Positions 1 through 14,400 of a stretch of 64,000 bases of DNA are shown one piece after another. The first letter of the stretch is position 1. Each line of letters starts with the position of its first letter. Under the pieces are notes generated by a model. That model searched no databases. It was given only the letters and a program-made list of their open reading frames with translations, and was not told where the DNA came from. The position numbers and the translations under genes were made by a program. Source of the stretch: Convolutriloba macropyga (lineage: Eukaryota); assembly GCF_964194025.1 (NCBI RefSeq), contig NC_134469.1:58838001-58902000 (forward strand), given 5' to 3'.

Positions 1-1178
1 GACTTTCGGAAGCATTGTTCTCGGACGACTGACGGAGCTCGATCATTGTCCACTGAGACGATTTAAAGGGAAGAAATGAAACGAATTAAAGCTCATTTTT
101 CAGAAAGTACTTCAGGTAAAAACAAACTTGTAGAAATCCAATACTCATCTCCGAGTCCGGATAAAAGACAAAAAGATGAATAGTAGTCTCAGCTATCCCT
201 TGTTTCAAGAAGATACAACAATTTTAGAAACTATGCCTGAATCCTTAGCCATGCAAACTTTTGGGGCTTAAGATTCAGATGCACTATTTCAGCCTCCAGC
301 GAATACAATTTAATTGATCCAATTCTTTTATAATCTTTGTAACAAATTAAGACGCACCTATAGTTAGTCCTCTCTGTTTCTCCTGTACAACTTTGAAGAA
401 AGACATCTATTAAGGACATTCACGATAAATGCCTACATAAAGAAACATTTACAACCTTTCATACCATAAATTACAGCTCAACAAAGATTTCAGTCAATAT
501 TCGATCCGAGATAAAGAATTATACTTCAAAATGTAATAATATCAAACTCAAATGCACATAGTCTTTAAACTAATGTACTTCATTATTTACGGATTATTTA
601 CCTCCTTGGTTAGCCTTATCAACACACGTCACTATTTTAGACAAGACGAGACAATCTCGTCACGCCTCATCAGATTATGCGTCATTAAGTGCCGCAAAAT
701 TAAGTAACTGAACACACAGCTTGTCTGCAATATTCACTGCACAATTTGAAGGAAAAGAAAGGTTCATTGCTTTCTATCAAAAGAAACATAAATTTGTCCA
801 AATCAAACACAAATTAGTATCATAGCTGCGGTTTAAATGAAAAAGACTACTTGATCCACGATGTTTTAGAGTTTCATTCCCGAAAAACACGAAACATCAG
901 TATCTAAAAGTGATCGCGCATATAAATGCAATTTTTTCAAATTTTGGACAAATTATTATAACACGTCTATAAACCCTAATTACATAGTTTATCACAGTCA
1001 GACACCAAGTTGGCTCAATGTTCGGTGTTGGCTTCCCCATTTTACCCTCTACTCTCATCAGATCAATTTAAGCGTTTCATTCTTAATTTCTCCTTGAATG
1101 GGCTCAAATTTTTTCAGGGGCTATAACGCCAAAGAACCAAACATTCAGAACATATAATTGTTGTTTTCTGATTGCTCA

Positions 1179-4100
1179 TTAGTGGACACTATTGGTGAAG
1201 TTGGGTGTATTTGACGTAGTTGTGCATTGAGGTCCTCTCAAAGCAGGGAATTCTTGTACGTGGCAAGGCATCGCTTTCACATGCGATGAGTTGATGGACA
1301 GCGCTCCTCCTACTGGTACTGGTGGCTTTGTTGCTGTTTGGCTACTGATGCTGCCCTTTGTACGTTTGCAGTATGAGGATGAAGTCGGGCTGCTTCTGCT
1401 TGGAGTGTTTGAATGGCTCTTTTTGTCTACATTGACTGGACTGCGGCTGGTGCTACCACTGCCAGTGGTTATGGTCTTTGATACCTGGATAAAGTTTATA
1501 CGTCTGCCAATAAAACATAATATCACGAATCTTGTTGCAAGACTTGCTAACGGATAAGAAATATACTCGGAGACAGAGCCCATATTTTTCTTCACTTCGA
1601 AATCACAAGCGAAATGTCAACGAACATGTTGCTCACTTCACACCCGGACGAATTGCTCTCCAACGATAGGTGGGGGGGGGGGGGGGGGCTGACTTATTTG
1701 ATTCTAGCTACCATCAAGAGCGGGGGAATGTCATTAGACCACTACTAAGGTTTAGAAGTAAAAAACAAACAAAATTTTGTCGCTCCTTTGATAACATTTT
1801 GACTGTAAACTTCCACGAATTAAGTTAGCGGTTTCAATTATGAAAGCCATTTAGATCACGCAAAAATTAAGTCACAAGTGGAAAAGTCCCTCGAAACGTT
1901 CTAGAAAACGGTCAAGCAAAAATTTTGCAATGAAGAGACACGCACGACTGCAATAATAGCTTTAAACTTTGCCACAGCGCAACTAAACATAAGTCTACCT
2001 ACCCTAGGCAAAACGACTTATTTTGAATCTGATAACAAAAATTAATATCAAAGAACTACAAACGCCCGATATAACAAACTGACGCTTTTAAAACGCCTGA
2101 GCGCGCAAAATAAAACAATTGACCAACGTGGGATAAATTTCAAACAAGGGGGGGGGGGGGGGGAGGTACGGGCATTCGATTGTAGCCTGCTGGCAGCGGG
2201 GAGGGCGGGTGTTAATTTCCGGGGTTAATTTCCAAGCCAGTGAATTATTGTTTCGCATATAGTACCTGATTAGTTTTGGTTGCTTGGTTACTGGAACTAC
2301 TGATATGGTCCAGGCTCTTGTTCAGAGGACTGCCAGGAATCGAGGACCCTCTGGAAGAGCCAGAAGATCTAGATGAGGAGTCTCCGGCCCCGCGGATGGA
2401 GCTGCGTCGGCTGTTGTTGGCGGCATTGCACTGTAGCAAGTCCTGAATGTGTTGCACAATGAGCGACACAGCCACGTTATTGTCGTTGCCCCTCGGAATT
2501 ATTACATCAGCGTACTTCTTGGTCGGAAGACAGAACTCCTCAAAAGCGGGCTTCACAAACCTGAAATAGATTGAGTTCCGGTCATAATTTTCAGTATTCA
2601 TTAAAACATAAACGACTAAAGTCGGATGACCTGCTCTCGAACGACGGGCGGGACATTTTATTTATAGTGTGCGCAGCTCAGAAATGTTTAATGGCCGAAA
2701 AAATGACCGACCCCACAGCGCTTTGAGCACCGAACCTCCAGGATGTCAGTCTGAGATCTAATCCATTAAGGAGCAATTTCTTTGATTATCATTCGCTCAC
2801 AATAGCTATAACAGCAACCAACTATATATCAGAATGAGAGTAACTTAGAACACTCAAAAATGAAGAACTCGTGTGAATGAAGTTAAAGAAGGTTTTAGAA
2901 CAAAAACGATGAAGCAAATATTTCGCATAAAAAGAAACACGTGTACAAAAATTGCTTCAAACTTCGTTCGAGAGCAATTTTGAAAACAATCAGTCAAGTC
3001 AAAATGTGAAAAAAACTGAAACTAGAAGTGGCTTGAAAAATAAGAAAAAAAGCTTTGACTCTGGTGTTAAAATTGGCATAAGCAACAAAATGAAACCAAA
3101 TAAATTAGCATAAAAAGACATTTCCGATAATATTTCGAACAAAACATAACTATAATGACCTTTTAAAGACCTTCAAGCAATTTCAGCACATTCGGAACCT
3201 CAAAGACCACTAAAACCAGATTAGGTCATCTATTGCAACTTAATGCCATGGAAAAAGGTGTTAAAACAGCTTCCAAAAAAACCGAAAGAATCTGGAATGT
3301 ACTATCAAACCTTTAATTGTTTTGACTTAGCAACAATAACACAACAGAAACCCCAATTGAATAATTGAACGTGAAATAATATTCTCAAAGCCAGAAAAGC
3401 AAAACTGGCCAAAAAAATTCGAAAACAGAAAAATTAAGCAAGAAGTAGTTTAAATTTAGCCTAGTTTCTTCAACTGAAATAAACTTAAATTGACAATAAT
3501 TAAATAAAAGGGACACGCAGACACTAAAAACATGAAAACGAGTACGAAAAAAATCGCTTCAAACGCGTCCAAAACGGAGAAAATGATTTGGAGCAAGCAG
3601 TTTACCCAAAAAAGTAAAAACTAAAAAAAACTGCTTTGAAAATGCCGCACTTGATCAAAAATTTTGCTCGTTTAGCAGAAAATTTTTACCTACTTTTTTG
3701 CGCGCACGTCTCTCTCAAAAACGCGGCATGAAGAAAAATTTCTCTCTCTTCTCTTCTCTTTCTCTTTACTTCGTTCAGCCGTTTGACCTAAACAGTTGGT
3801 TTTCACGTGCGGCATTGACTTTTACATCATGCTGTAAATACACTCCAAAAAATTATCGCTCAAAAAAGACGCTCAACAAATACTGCTTTTCGAGTTGTAA
3901 AAAGGCAGAGCACCAATACAGTTCAAATTCTTTGGATTGTTAAAAAGGAGCACTATAATAGCCGGCTGAGAAGATGAGGGCAGCTATTGAAAACAAAAAA
4001 AACAACCGGTACCAAAACCAATACTCTCCTTCGAGTCGCAAAAAACCTAGAAAAGACCAACAAAAGCTCACTATCGCGGCTATTAAAAAAAAATCCTGCC

Positions 4101-5340
4101 GAGTATATCGTTGTTGCACCATTTACATAAATCCATGCAATTATCTCAAGGTCATCAAAAGATGTTATAGTCATGGAAATCTATACGCGAGTCTTTCAAG
4201 ACAAAGGTGCGTTTTAGCGCAGCTTACATTGAATATGTTCGTTAATCGTTTCGTTCCAAAAGCCCTCCAGAAAAGACAGGTAATTTTGAAAACAAACCTG
4301 ATATATTGGCTGAGGACAGATTCGATATTCCTACTCCTTTCCTCCGTGTCTCTGAGGACGCGCCTCGCTAGTCGAGTGTCCGAGTCAGTGTCTACAAACA
4401 ACTTGAGGTCAAATAGCTCCCGCATCTCCTTGTCGTAGAAGACAAGAATGCCCTCCACAATAACGACGTCTGCAGAGTGTATGGTGAGAGTGTTGCTGTC
4501 GTCCTTGTTCAGACTGTGACTTCGGTAGTTGTAATGGCTAATAGTCACTGGCTCGTGCCTCTTGATTGCACGCATGCACTCTTTCAACTAAAAATTAGTG
4601 GTAATAACAATTTAAATCTTCATTATTGCGGATTTATACCTAATGTTTCTCTTAAAGGAAGCGTACAAGGAGCTATTGAAGCCGTTGAATAAAAACTTCA
4701 TACATTCAGCAAGATTTACCAACCTATTATTTTAGAATGCTGGAAAAATTGACCTGGTAAGTTTGGGGTGTATTCAGTGGATTGGTTAAATCTCACTCAA
4801 AAAAAAATGCTCCACCCTCAAGCTAAAACTTTAATAATGCAGACCGTCTTAGATAAAAACGAATATTAAAAAAAACACTTACAACATAATAGATATCTTG
4901 ATATGCCTTTAATTTAGGCTATTACCTGCAAGACAACAAATGTGCATAAAAATTCAGTCCAATAAACTAAACACTCGCCAGGCAAGCTGTCAGGTTAAAA
5001 CGTTGAGATCAGATACCTTTTCGAGATCCACTGCGTTGGGGTGATCGAAGTTGAACTCAAACTTGGCCGCATTCTTCAACTCGCGATCGTTAAATTTGCG
5101 GTAGAATGAGTCCTGGTTGATCACGAAAACTTGCCTCTCCTGAAATGCCTTTCATGGTGCATCATGTGCAGGTATTGGATGATCTTTAATCCTCATATCA
5201 AGAAAAATATAAGCTTACAGCAACTTAACTAAAATTCATGAGAAAATCAAAAAATCCTGCATTTTCACGCTGTAATGAAAAGATTCTAGAGCAAATCTTA
5301 ACTCCGACTGACAATGTTCGTAATTCCTATGTAAATTCAA

Positions 5341-5398
<58 letters not shown>

Positions 5399-5685
5399 GG
5401 CCCTCTATTTTCTTTCCTCAAATAAATTAATTTTCTTGACAAAATGCAGGCAATTATCACCTTGGCCGACTTCCCGTTTTGACCAAGAGCCTCAACAATG
5501 CGTTCACACACTTCAGATTTCCCAGATGAAGAACCCCCCGCAACTCCAATGATGAACGGGAAGGACGGGGTCGCCTTCTGTCCAGAGGATGTCCCCGAAG
5601 CGCGCGATCCTCCAGACTCACTTCCGGAGCTATTAGGGACTGGGTCGTTGAATAGCAAAGTATGTCCAGCCGATATTTTTGTCAT
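1179..5685 (-). CDS. UCK: Uridine-cytidine kinase (UCK1/2 family), 5 coding exons: 5685-5461, 5139-5017, 4587-4298, 2560-2266, 1484-1179; about 412 aa with a Ser/Thr-rich C-terminal tail
   Basis: Exon translations give [15 protein letters not shown] (P-loop), [53 protein letters not shown] and [24 protein letters not shown]. All four introns are GT..AG and keep the frame (225+123+290+295+306 = 1239 nt). Exon 5 is less certain; an in-frame stop at 2245 gives an alternative 317-aa form. Confidence 0.93.
1672..2163. repeat. Two poly-G tracts (G17 at 1672-1688, G16 at 2148-2163) in the last UCK intron
   Basis: Read directly from the sequence. Confidence 0.9.
2704..2775 (-). mobile_element. Degenerate tRNA-like head, possibly a SINE remnant, in UCK intron 3
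   Basis: Minus strand TAATGGATTAGA..CTGACATCCTGGAGGTTCGGTGCTCAAAGC resembles degenerate A box, anticodon arm and B box. It shares GACATNCNGGAGGT with 63581-63646. Confidence 0.35.
2780..4090 (+). mobile_element. AT-rich interspersed repeat filling UCK intron 3; probable second HINE-like family with AATAGC..GCTATT terminal hairpins
   Basis: Shares blocks with 19630-19670 (ccaatacaRttcaaattcttt) and 20080-20125 (gccgcacKtga). Ends in CGCGGCTATT+A-run, like 15428-15462 (AATAGCC cagctatcgctg tgc GGCTATT AAAAA). Confidence 0.5.
5346..5395. repeat. (AT)25 microsatellite in UCK intron 1
   Basis: Read directly from the sequence. Confidence 0.98.
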
Positions 5686-5872
5686 CTTGGTCACGTTAAA
5701 GTAATAATCGTTCTCAAATACTCGACTTACAATTGTGAAGTTAAGTAGACAATGTAGCTAATATTCGGAGAGCAAATAACTCCGTGTAGAGCAACTCCGG
5801 GGGTTAAGTAATTACTGGTGGTTTTCTGCTAATAGTGATGCTTCTACAGCAATCTACTGCTCTGGCTGATCG

Positions 5873-8575
5873 CTTTTAGATCATCATTCGCCACCTGGAA
5901 TGTGAACCGATTAGGAGCCAATATCTGATAACACAATCTAGCTGTTTATATTTCACACTTTCCTAAAATACATTCGATCATGGTAGCCAGGTCAACAGAA
6001 ATTCAAGGACTGCTAGGCACACTGGTACCACATTGACTTGATCAATAATTAATTTGAGACATTAGAAGTAAAACTGTTCAAATATTGATTAGTTCAAAAG
6101 AATGCAAGCAGACTGAACACGATTTCAAATTTGCAATCCTTGGAAGAATTTGGCTATTTAAACTTTTACTATTCTTTCACAAGGCCGTAATTTGTGAGAA
6201 ATGACCAAAAATATGAGCCATTGTACATTAATAGATTAGCAGCTATTTTAATTTTGAACAGCGAAAATTAATGCTGAAAGTACTATTTGTGTTCCCACAT
6301 TTTACAGAAATAGAACTTTATGCTAGCCCCACTTTTATTTTGTTCAGACAATTTTCGACTTTTTTTATGGCATCTCAGCCAATCCCAGACCAAATGTGGC
6401 ATCCCAGGCCAAATGTGGCATCAACTTCAAGCCATCTGCGTCTAGAATTTCACTAAAAAGGGAAATTTAAGGAATTTTGCTTGTTAAAAAAAGTTTTGGC
6501 AACAATTTTGACCCACAATGTAACTCATTATACAATTTTGAGGTCAACTGAAAGTGATTTTTGCGGCGTGATTTTAATTAAAACGAGTTTAAAGAGGTCG
6601 GAAAGAAAAGACAAGTCTCATATGTCTATTTTGTAGTACGAGAAAAAAGATTTGAGTTTGTCGCTGATGTGCGGTGCAAAGACTGCTCTTACTGTTATCC
6701 CAAAGTATTCAGCAAATCAATTCACTTTTAGAGGTAAAATTGTCATTGAGTCCAAAAAATGTCCATGTTAAGTCCCAATTGCTCTCTAATAATAAATATG
6801 GTCTGGATTTTGATGCTTCCTGTACGTAACTTATGGTTCTTTTTTTAGAATTCAGAAGTTTTTAGGTTCTCTAACTGCATTAGAAAAAAGTATGTCATGG
6901 AGTAACAAAGATCATCGTTTTTAGATCATCATTGGTCACCTGGAATATGAACCGATTAGGAGACAATATCTGATAACACAACCCAGCTGTTTAAATTGCA
7001 CACTTTCCTAAAATACTTTCGGTCATGTTAGCCAGTTCAACAGAAATTCAAGGACTGCAAGGCACACTGGTACAACAATGACTTGATCAATCAATAATTG
7101 ACATCATAACTAAAACTGTTAAAATATTGATTCGATCAAAAAAATGCAAGCAGACTAAACACGATTTCAAATTGGCTATTTAAACTTAAACTATTCTTTC
7201 ACAAGAACGTAATTTGTGAGAAATTTCCAAAAACATGAGCCATTGTACATTCATAGATTAGCGAAAATTAGTGCTGAAAGTACTATTTGTGTTCCCAAAT
7301 TTTTCGAAAACAGAACTTAATGCTAGTCCCACTTAAAATTTGTTCAGGCAATTCTTGAGTTTTTGAGGGCATCGCAGACCGATATCAGACCAAATATGGT
7401 ATCCCGGACCAAATTTGGATCAATTTAAAGCTCTCTATCTAAAATTTTGCTAAAAAGGGAAATTTTAGGAATTTTGCTTGAAAAAAGTTTGGGCAATAAT
7501 TTTGACCCACAATGTAACGCAATTTAGCCTCATTTTTAATCAAATTCAGCTAAAATTCGGTCAAAATCAATCAATTGAGACAAATAGCGGTTTTCTAACG
7601 GTATTATTAATAACACATCTTACAATTTTCTCAATATTTTCATCCAGTAGGAAAACAAAAATTGAAAAACTGAAAATTTTGACAAATGTCAGCAATTAGA
7701 AATTTTATAAATTTTTGCCTGTTTCTCAAGCCTTTGAGCCTGGTTTTCTGTCCAAAACCACTTTAATTTGAGAACCAGGAACAAAATTATATTAGTTCTG
7801 TGTAATGGTGGTCAATTGTTGAGAATTTTGAAAAAATTTTATTTCAAATCGAATTGAAAAAAAGCTATGCAAAAGTTTTGTTTTAGCAATATCACGCATT
7901 CTTTCCGCATGCACCATTGACTGAATTAGAACTACCAATGACTGATTATGCAATGCGTTATTTTTGGGCTACATTGGTTTGAATAAGAAATAACAAAACC
8001 TATTTGATAATTTTTTTCAAATTTTGGTCATATTATTATAGACAAATATTTGTTGCAAAATAGAGTCTATCAAAAAAGCGGCTACTTATATTATTACATA
8101 AGGGTAGTTTTTATACTGAGTCAGCTATTACTGACTTACCTTTTCATATAATTAAAACTGTAATTTGGTGCAGACTTTTTAAAGAAATCATCATACAATT
8201 TGAGGTCAATTGAAAGTGATTTTTCCGTTGTGATTTTAATTACAATAAGTTTGAATAGGTCGGAAAGAAACGACGTAAGTCCACTATGGTTATTTTGTAG
8301 AACGAGCCAAAAAACATTTGCGACTGTTTCGCTGACGTGCGGTGCAATGACTACTTTTACTGTTATCCCAAAATATTAAGCAAATCAATGCACTAAGGAT
8401 AAAATTGTTTTTTTTTACTCCAAAAAATATCCGTGATAGGTTTCAATTGCCCTCCAATAAAAAATATGGTCTGCACTTTGATGGTTGCTGTACGTAACTT
8501 ATGGTTCTTTCAATTTTTTGGAATTAAGAAGTTCTCTAACTGTATTATAAAAAAGCTTGTCATGGAGTAAAAAAG
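5873..8575. repeat. Old tandem duplication of a ~1.04-kb unit (5873-6915; second copy 6918-7518 + 8188-8575); the second copy is interrupted by a ~670-bp insertion
   Basis: ttttagatcatcatt..cctggaat..gaaccgattagga at 5874 and 6919. The copies align to gacccacaatgtaac, then the second resumes at tcatcatacaatttgaggtcaattgaaagtgat (8188) and matches to gtcatggagtaa. Confidence 0.85.
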
Positions 8576-9220
8576 CTAAGAGTACACCATCGACATACTC
8601 CTGTTTTCTTAGACTGCCTCAAAGAGCAGCTTGTACCTACCTCCAGATATATAAGCTACAGTATTTTGAAAACTACAGTGTTGTCACATAGAAAAATCTC
8701 TCAGTAAGTGAAAAAGTTAGTTAAAATATAAATAAAATGTATTATTATTTAGTTATTTGAATCTCAAATATGTTTCCGCAAGAATGCCATAATTTATCCT
8801 TATGCGCACTCTTGTATGCCTTATACTTTTTAAGTTTTCTTGAGAGATTTCAAATTATTACTGGTTTTCTATTATTGGTTCGCATTTCAGGTCACCATTT
8901 TGCTGTTCCAATGATTTTTAATGAAAAGCTTTATGGCGTAAGTTTCAATGAGGTGCCATTTTTAATCTATGCCCTAACTCGTATTGAAAATTCTTCAATA
9001 ACACAGGTTTGAAATAGTACTTTCATTAGACATTTTTCTCAACTTATTTCCTTTATCAAAACAAAAAACATCAGAACTTGCGAAAACAACCAGGTAGTCA
9101 GAATTTCCTTGTCTTTATCATTGTTTCTCCGATTGTTTTCAGGACTTCTTTTGCCATAATTTTTAACTTCGTATAGATTGATTCATTTATTTACTTTTGA
9201 TGCTTTTCTATGTAAATGCC

Positions 9221-9373
9221 AGATTTTTTCGTTTGTGCCCCCAACACGTTTTGCAGCCCCAATTACGTAGTCTGTGCTATTGCATAATAAAGTATTATCA
9301 AAAAAATTTCACGTGTTCCAGGGGGTGCAAATGAAATGCACTCATTAAGCCGGGGGCACAAACGGAAAAATCC
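9221..9373. mobile_element. Short MITE with 22-bp TIRs (GGATTTTTCCGTTTGTGCCCCC)
   Basis: Left agattttttcgtttgtgccccc vs right gggggcacaaacggaaaaatcc (20/22 match). A related right end occurs at 54423-54445. Confidence 0.75.
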
Positions 9374-11438
9374 TCACTTCTTGATTTCATTTTAAGTTGG
9401 GACTATTTATTCCCTTTGTTTAACCAAAAACAAATTCAAAGAGACGTTACTAAGAACAAATTGAGAAAAGTGGAGAAAATTTTGTCTCGTTGAAAATTTC
9501 AGCCAATTAAGCGAAGTAGTTATGCCAGTTACCACAAACACAACTGCTTTGAGCTTCTAGTATTGCGGTTTTCTGAAACAAAATCTCATGGCTACGAATA
9601 AGTTGTAATGAGACGTGATTCAATAAATACACGTAATTTGCCAGGAAATAATTTCACAATGATTTATAGAAAAACATTGATGAAAAAACCAAAATCGCAA
9701 ATAAAGCGTATAAAATTTGAACTTAAATGTTTTTGTATAGCAAAAACAGATTTAAGGAAAACTTTTTTGATAATAGTTATCAATTAGTTAAGCGCAACTA
9801 AAAATTATTCCGACATTGAAGGTTACTCGGGCTTTTAGTTCCTCTGAAAAACTCAAATAGTTTTTCTCTGTTGTTTTGTTTTCAAGCTCCAACTTAATCC
9901 AATTGACTTTTTCTTAGCATTGATATTACATATGTTTCCGAATAAGCATGTGTGAACATGCTATGGCACGCACAGGACAAGCTACCCTTCTTGTATCCGT
10001 CTACGTCCTTCTTGACATTACTTCATCGATACAGTATAGCAATTGTTACTAATAAAAAGCCTTTTGTTAAATATACATCCAATCTATTATGATTTAAAAA
10101 ATGTTGAAAAGAGCGGGGAAATGAAAACAGCGATAGCAAAAAACAGGACAACAACTTTATGAAAAGTAATCATCTAAAATTTATTGAATTGGAACTACTT
10201 CCAAAAGTTTTGCAGTACATTTCAGATTTTGAGCACGACAGGCAACGAATCAGAGTTGACCATTAAATTGGAGCAGCACACAGACAAACTTAAATCTATC
10301 GTAGAAGTTGACCTGAAAGGACCCAATGTTGCAACTTGAAATCAAATCTAAAAACACAAGTCCCAATGAAATAAGAGAATAAATAATCTTTAACTTAGCA
10401 TTTAAGCCAACTTTAAATGATGATCAATAAACATGTGCGTAACGTCGGAACCGCTCTTGCTTGTTTTACTGCGATCCTACAAAACAAAAGCGAGAAAAAA
10501 AGACAGAAAGATGCACTGGCTTTCATTGCACATGAAGCCAATAAATATTTTGCTACACACGGAAATGGGCCCTAAGAATAACTTTCAAGTGGCCCTCAAT
10601 ATGACTTTCCTAGTTCCAGCAGTTAGAAACTGAAAACTAAAAATCAAATAATTTCAACCTTTTGTTGAAGAAAAAAGCCAGTAAGCTGATAAACAGCAGT
10701 TAGGAAGATACCAATGGCAATTAGACAGTCCTTGTTCATATTTTCTATCAATTTTTATTATATTTTGTTTGTAAAATAAACGACCCGTATTTTCCTAGTA
10801 AGTTTGTAATCAAGAGGAGTTAGAAATCAAAGAGATTGCAATATGAATTAAACACCAGGCAAAACAAGCTGCGGCAAAGTCCACTCTACTTTCTCAGTGC
10901 TGAGAAAACAAGAAACATTTTTCTCAATTGGTAAGCGTTTCACCTGCAACATCTTATCAACAGGTGTCTTATATGATCATTATTAAGCATGAAAAACTTA
11001 AAATTTTGCAATACGTTTACTGAAGATAAAAAGATTGGAAGAACTACAGACTTTCATCTCAGTGTCATGGAAGCAAAAACATTTTTTTGCACTTGGAACC
11101 TCTTCCATTCCAACGGAAGTGAAAAGCTACAGTAATAAAAAAAATTTGGCACATCAATTCACTATCTAAATTTAATAAATCAAAATTTGTATTTAAATGT
11201 TCAACATTCAAAAAAACATGAAGGCAGACTATCAAACCCTTAAAACTTTGCCACAAGTTGTCACAATGCAATCGTTGGAACACTTTTCCGAGTAATGCAG
11301 TATATACCACAAGTAGAAGATAACTTTGAAACTTAATTAAACAAGGCGAATTGCAGCAAACCAAGAAATTTGCTTGCTACAGAAAAATTTAACAAAAAAC
11401 ATCTGCGGTTGCTTCATAGAAAAATAGTTTCATACTGC

Positions 11439-14400
11439 AAACAAGGAGGCTCGGTAATATGCGTACGCACATAATGTACCGACCAGGCTAATCCACATTC
11501 TTGACTTAATTGGCAAATGATGAAGAGATAGAAAACTTCCATTTCGTTCAACAAACCACTAACGAAATACATCAATGCCACGCTAGAGGGCCGATTAAAC
11601 TTGTTGTTTACAGGACTACTAGAAAATACAATAAAAAAATCAAATAACAAACATTAATTACGAACATAAATCGATGTCTATTGAAGAAAGTCATAACAAA
11701 ATCAAACTCGCATCAGATAAAACCTAAACAAACCTACACTTCACTAGGAAAGATATGGGACCTGTCCTCAATACAACTGGGCAACAAGTCGGCAAAGAGA
11801 AAAACAACTGGCCAAAGAGCAAAAAGGTTTGCAGTTCAAAAATACCTTTCTATTTTTAAAAACAATTAACCTCAAAGTGATTAACAACATTAGACAAACA
11901 TTGAAATCACAAAAATTTTTATTTATATCTCCATAGAAAACAGTTGGGACTTTTCATTATCCAGTGTAGGTCATACTACTACAAAAACCAAACACCCGCA
12001 AAAATAAAAAAAATCATTTATATTTTGCACCAAATGGCAGGCAGAAATACCATTTGAAACAATAAACTCTTCACTGAGAGAAATAAGAACGTTCAATTGC
12101 GCAGTATTCCAAAGCCAAAGGGCCCTACCATTAATGTTAATAATGTTAATAAACATAAAGAGGATTAAACTCCTTTAAAATGTACGATTATATTAAAATC
12201 TCTACCATTTTGAAATTTTGTAGTAAAAAAGCCAACCGAAAAACAAATGGTTGAAAAAAAAACCGCTATAACGATTAAATTAGAGCTCACTAGAAGAGAC
12301 AAAACTTAAAATCGACCAAAAACGATTTAAAAGAATAGCGAAGCTCAAAAATCCAAATATGCTGTCGGAAACAAATATTTTCGAAAGTCACAAAGAAATA
12401 ACATTTCAAACAAAAACAGATGGATTAACTTTTAACAGCTCAGGAAGCCAATAGAGCCTGTTATTAATGAGAATAAGGCACGACGCTTCAATATATTAGC
12501 AAATACAGTCAGAAGCCAAAACTTCACAATTTTACGACACCACAGTGTTCAAGGCACAATAATTATAAGATTTTATCCGCAACTGTAAATCATCACATGC
12601 TTCTCATCTGCACATCAACGTGTCTTCATTATAAAATGAAAACGTAGAAATGACGTTTAAAAAGAAAATGAAAAACGGAAATAGAAAAGAAATCTCCGAA
12701 ATTTTATTTGAAAATAAATGATCGAAGCCATCAGTCAAAACATATAACCAGCAGAGAAAATACTGTTTCAATCAAAAGTATTTGAGACTTCTTATTAGTG
12801 AGATTGATTACATGGTCACAAAAAAAAGAAAGACAAACAAAAGCAAAAAATTTAGAATCTACTAAATTTTGCGAAAGAACAGTCTCAGCCCAAAACATAA
12901 ACTATTAAATAAAAACGCTGTGCTTTCTCCCAACAAGGTTTTCCTTCAACTCGACATGTCAAAAACGTGGTAATTTGACAATGAAAGAAAATGAACCTAC
13001 AAAATAGGCAATTATGCTCAAAAAAGAAAACTCGTATCAAAGAAACCATTAGTTAAATATAAAACCGTTACAGACATTAATTGATAAATCACAGGAAAAT
13101 GTTTTCCGACTGTTCCTACTAAACTAAGCCTGAAATTGAGAGAAACTAGATTAAATAGTGACAAAGTTCAAAAAATTCAACGACATTTTCTCAAAACAAA
13201 TAAATTCAAAGAGATCTTAGATAACCACTGAAAGCTTTGTCCAGGTTCAGTTATACCTCTTGAAGCCAATTGGATCTTTGATTGGGGCGACTAAGTCAAT
13301 GTAGTAAAAAAATTATCACAAACGAAAGCAAAACCAAAAGAATTCCTTAAAATTTTACGAACACAATTGGTCAGAGCTAAAAAAAAACATTGATTGTTGG
13401 GTCAATTTTTGTAAACAATAACTGAGCCCTGATTTGACATTCTTGTCATTATTTCTTAAGGTTGCTATCCATGCTGAGATCAATATCAGCACTGACATTT
13501 CTGAGCGTCTGAGAAAACACTTAATTGTACAAATGGGGTCGAAATTATTAATTTTAAACAAAATTTTGCAGTATATCAAAAATAATTAATGCATTTTGTA
13601 TAAATATTGAGTGTAAAGGTGCAAATTGGCAAAATTATCATTCCAGAGGCGTCTTAAAGCCAGTGGGAGTACAACCAGATCTCTTCTTGAGCAAACGAAG
13701 AACAAGATCGCAGTTTTAAGAAGTCTACTTCCAGCAAATTTAAAGAAAAGAGGTTAAAAAAGCATATTTCCTCCTTTTTTGACGGAAAATGTCTGATTTT
13801 TTTTTTAAAAAAACTGCATAATATCTAGGAAACTCGGATCAAACGATTCAGCCTTCATCCTCTATCTATAAAATCAATAACACTTCTCTGGCCATTTTAA
13901 CGTATTTCAGCAAAACTGACGAAAATTTGGTCAAAAATACGGAAAATGTGAACAAAAACAGCGGAATATCTACTATTCACAAGAACTTCAACGCCGATAA
14001 CTCTCTGTAAAAAGCGAAAAAAACTTTTATTCTATATTCTACGCTGGACGGACTTTCTAATGATACACTCACAAATCTCTGCGATGATTACATCGATCGC
14101 CCAAACTGAACAAAAAAAATCATTTGAGTATATGACTCCCAACAAGATCAAATGTACTTTGACTGCCTTGGACGAGACCGAAAATAATTTGGTTAGCATG
14201 GGCCATACCCAACAGACCCGTGGTCAAGAAGACATGTCTTATGAGCATGAGCAAGAAGAAATGGACCAAAATTTAGGTATGGGCCAGACACAAGAGACCA
14301 AAATTTGAGTAATAGCCCAATAAATTGAACTGAGCGTAGGCATGGACTAAACAGGCTTAAGTTTCCAAAGACTGGCTAAAGTTATCAAAGTTTTTATGGC

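Noticed and set aside
1-80. Possible last codons of a plus-strand gene at the window edge
   Set aside because: Too short to support.
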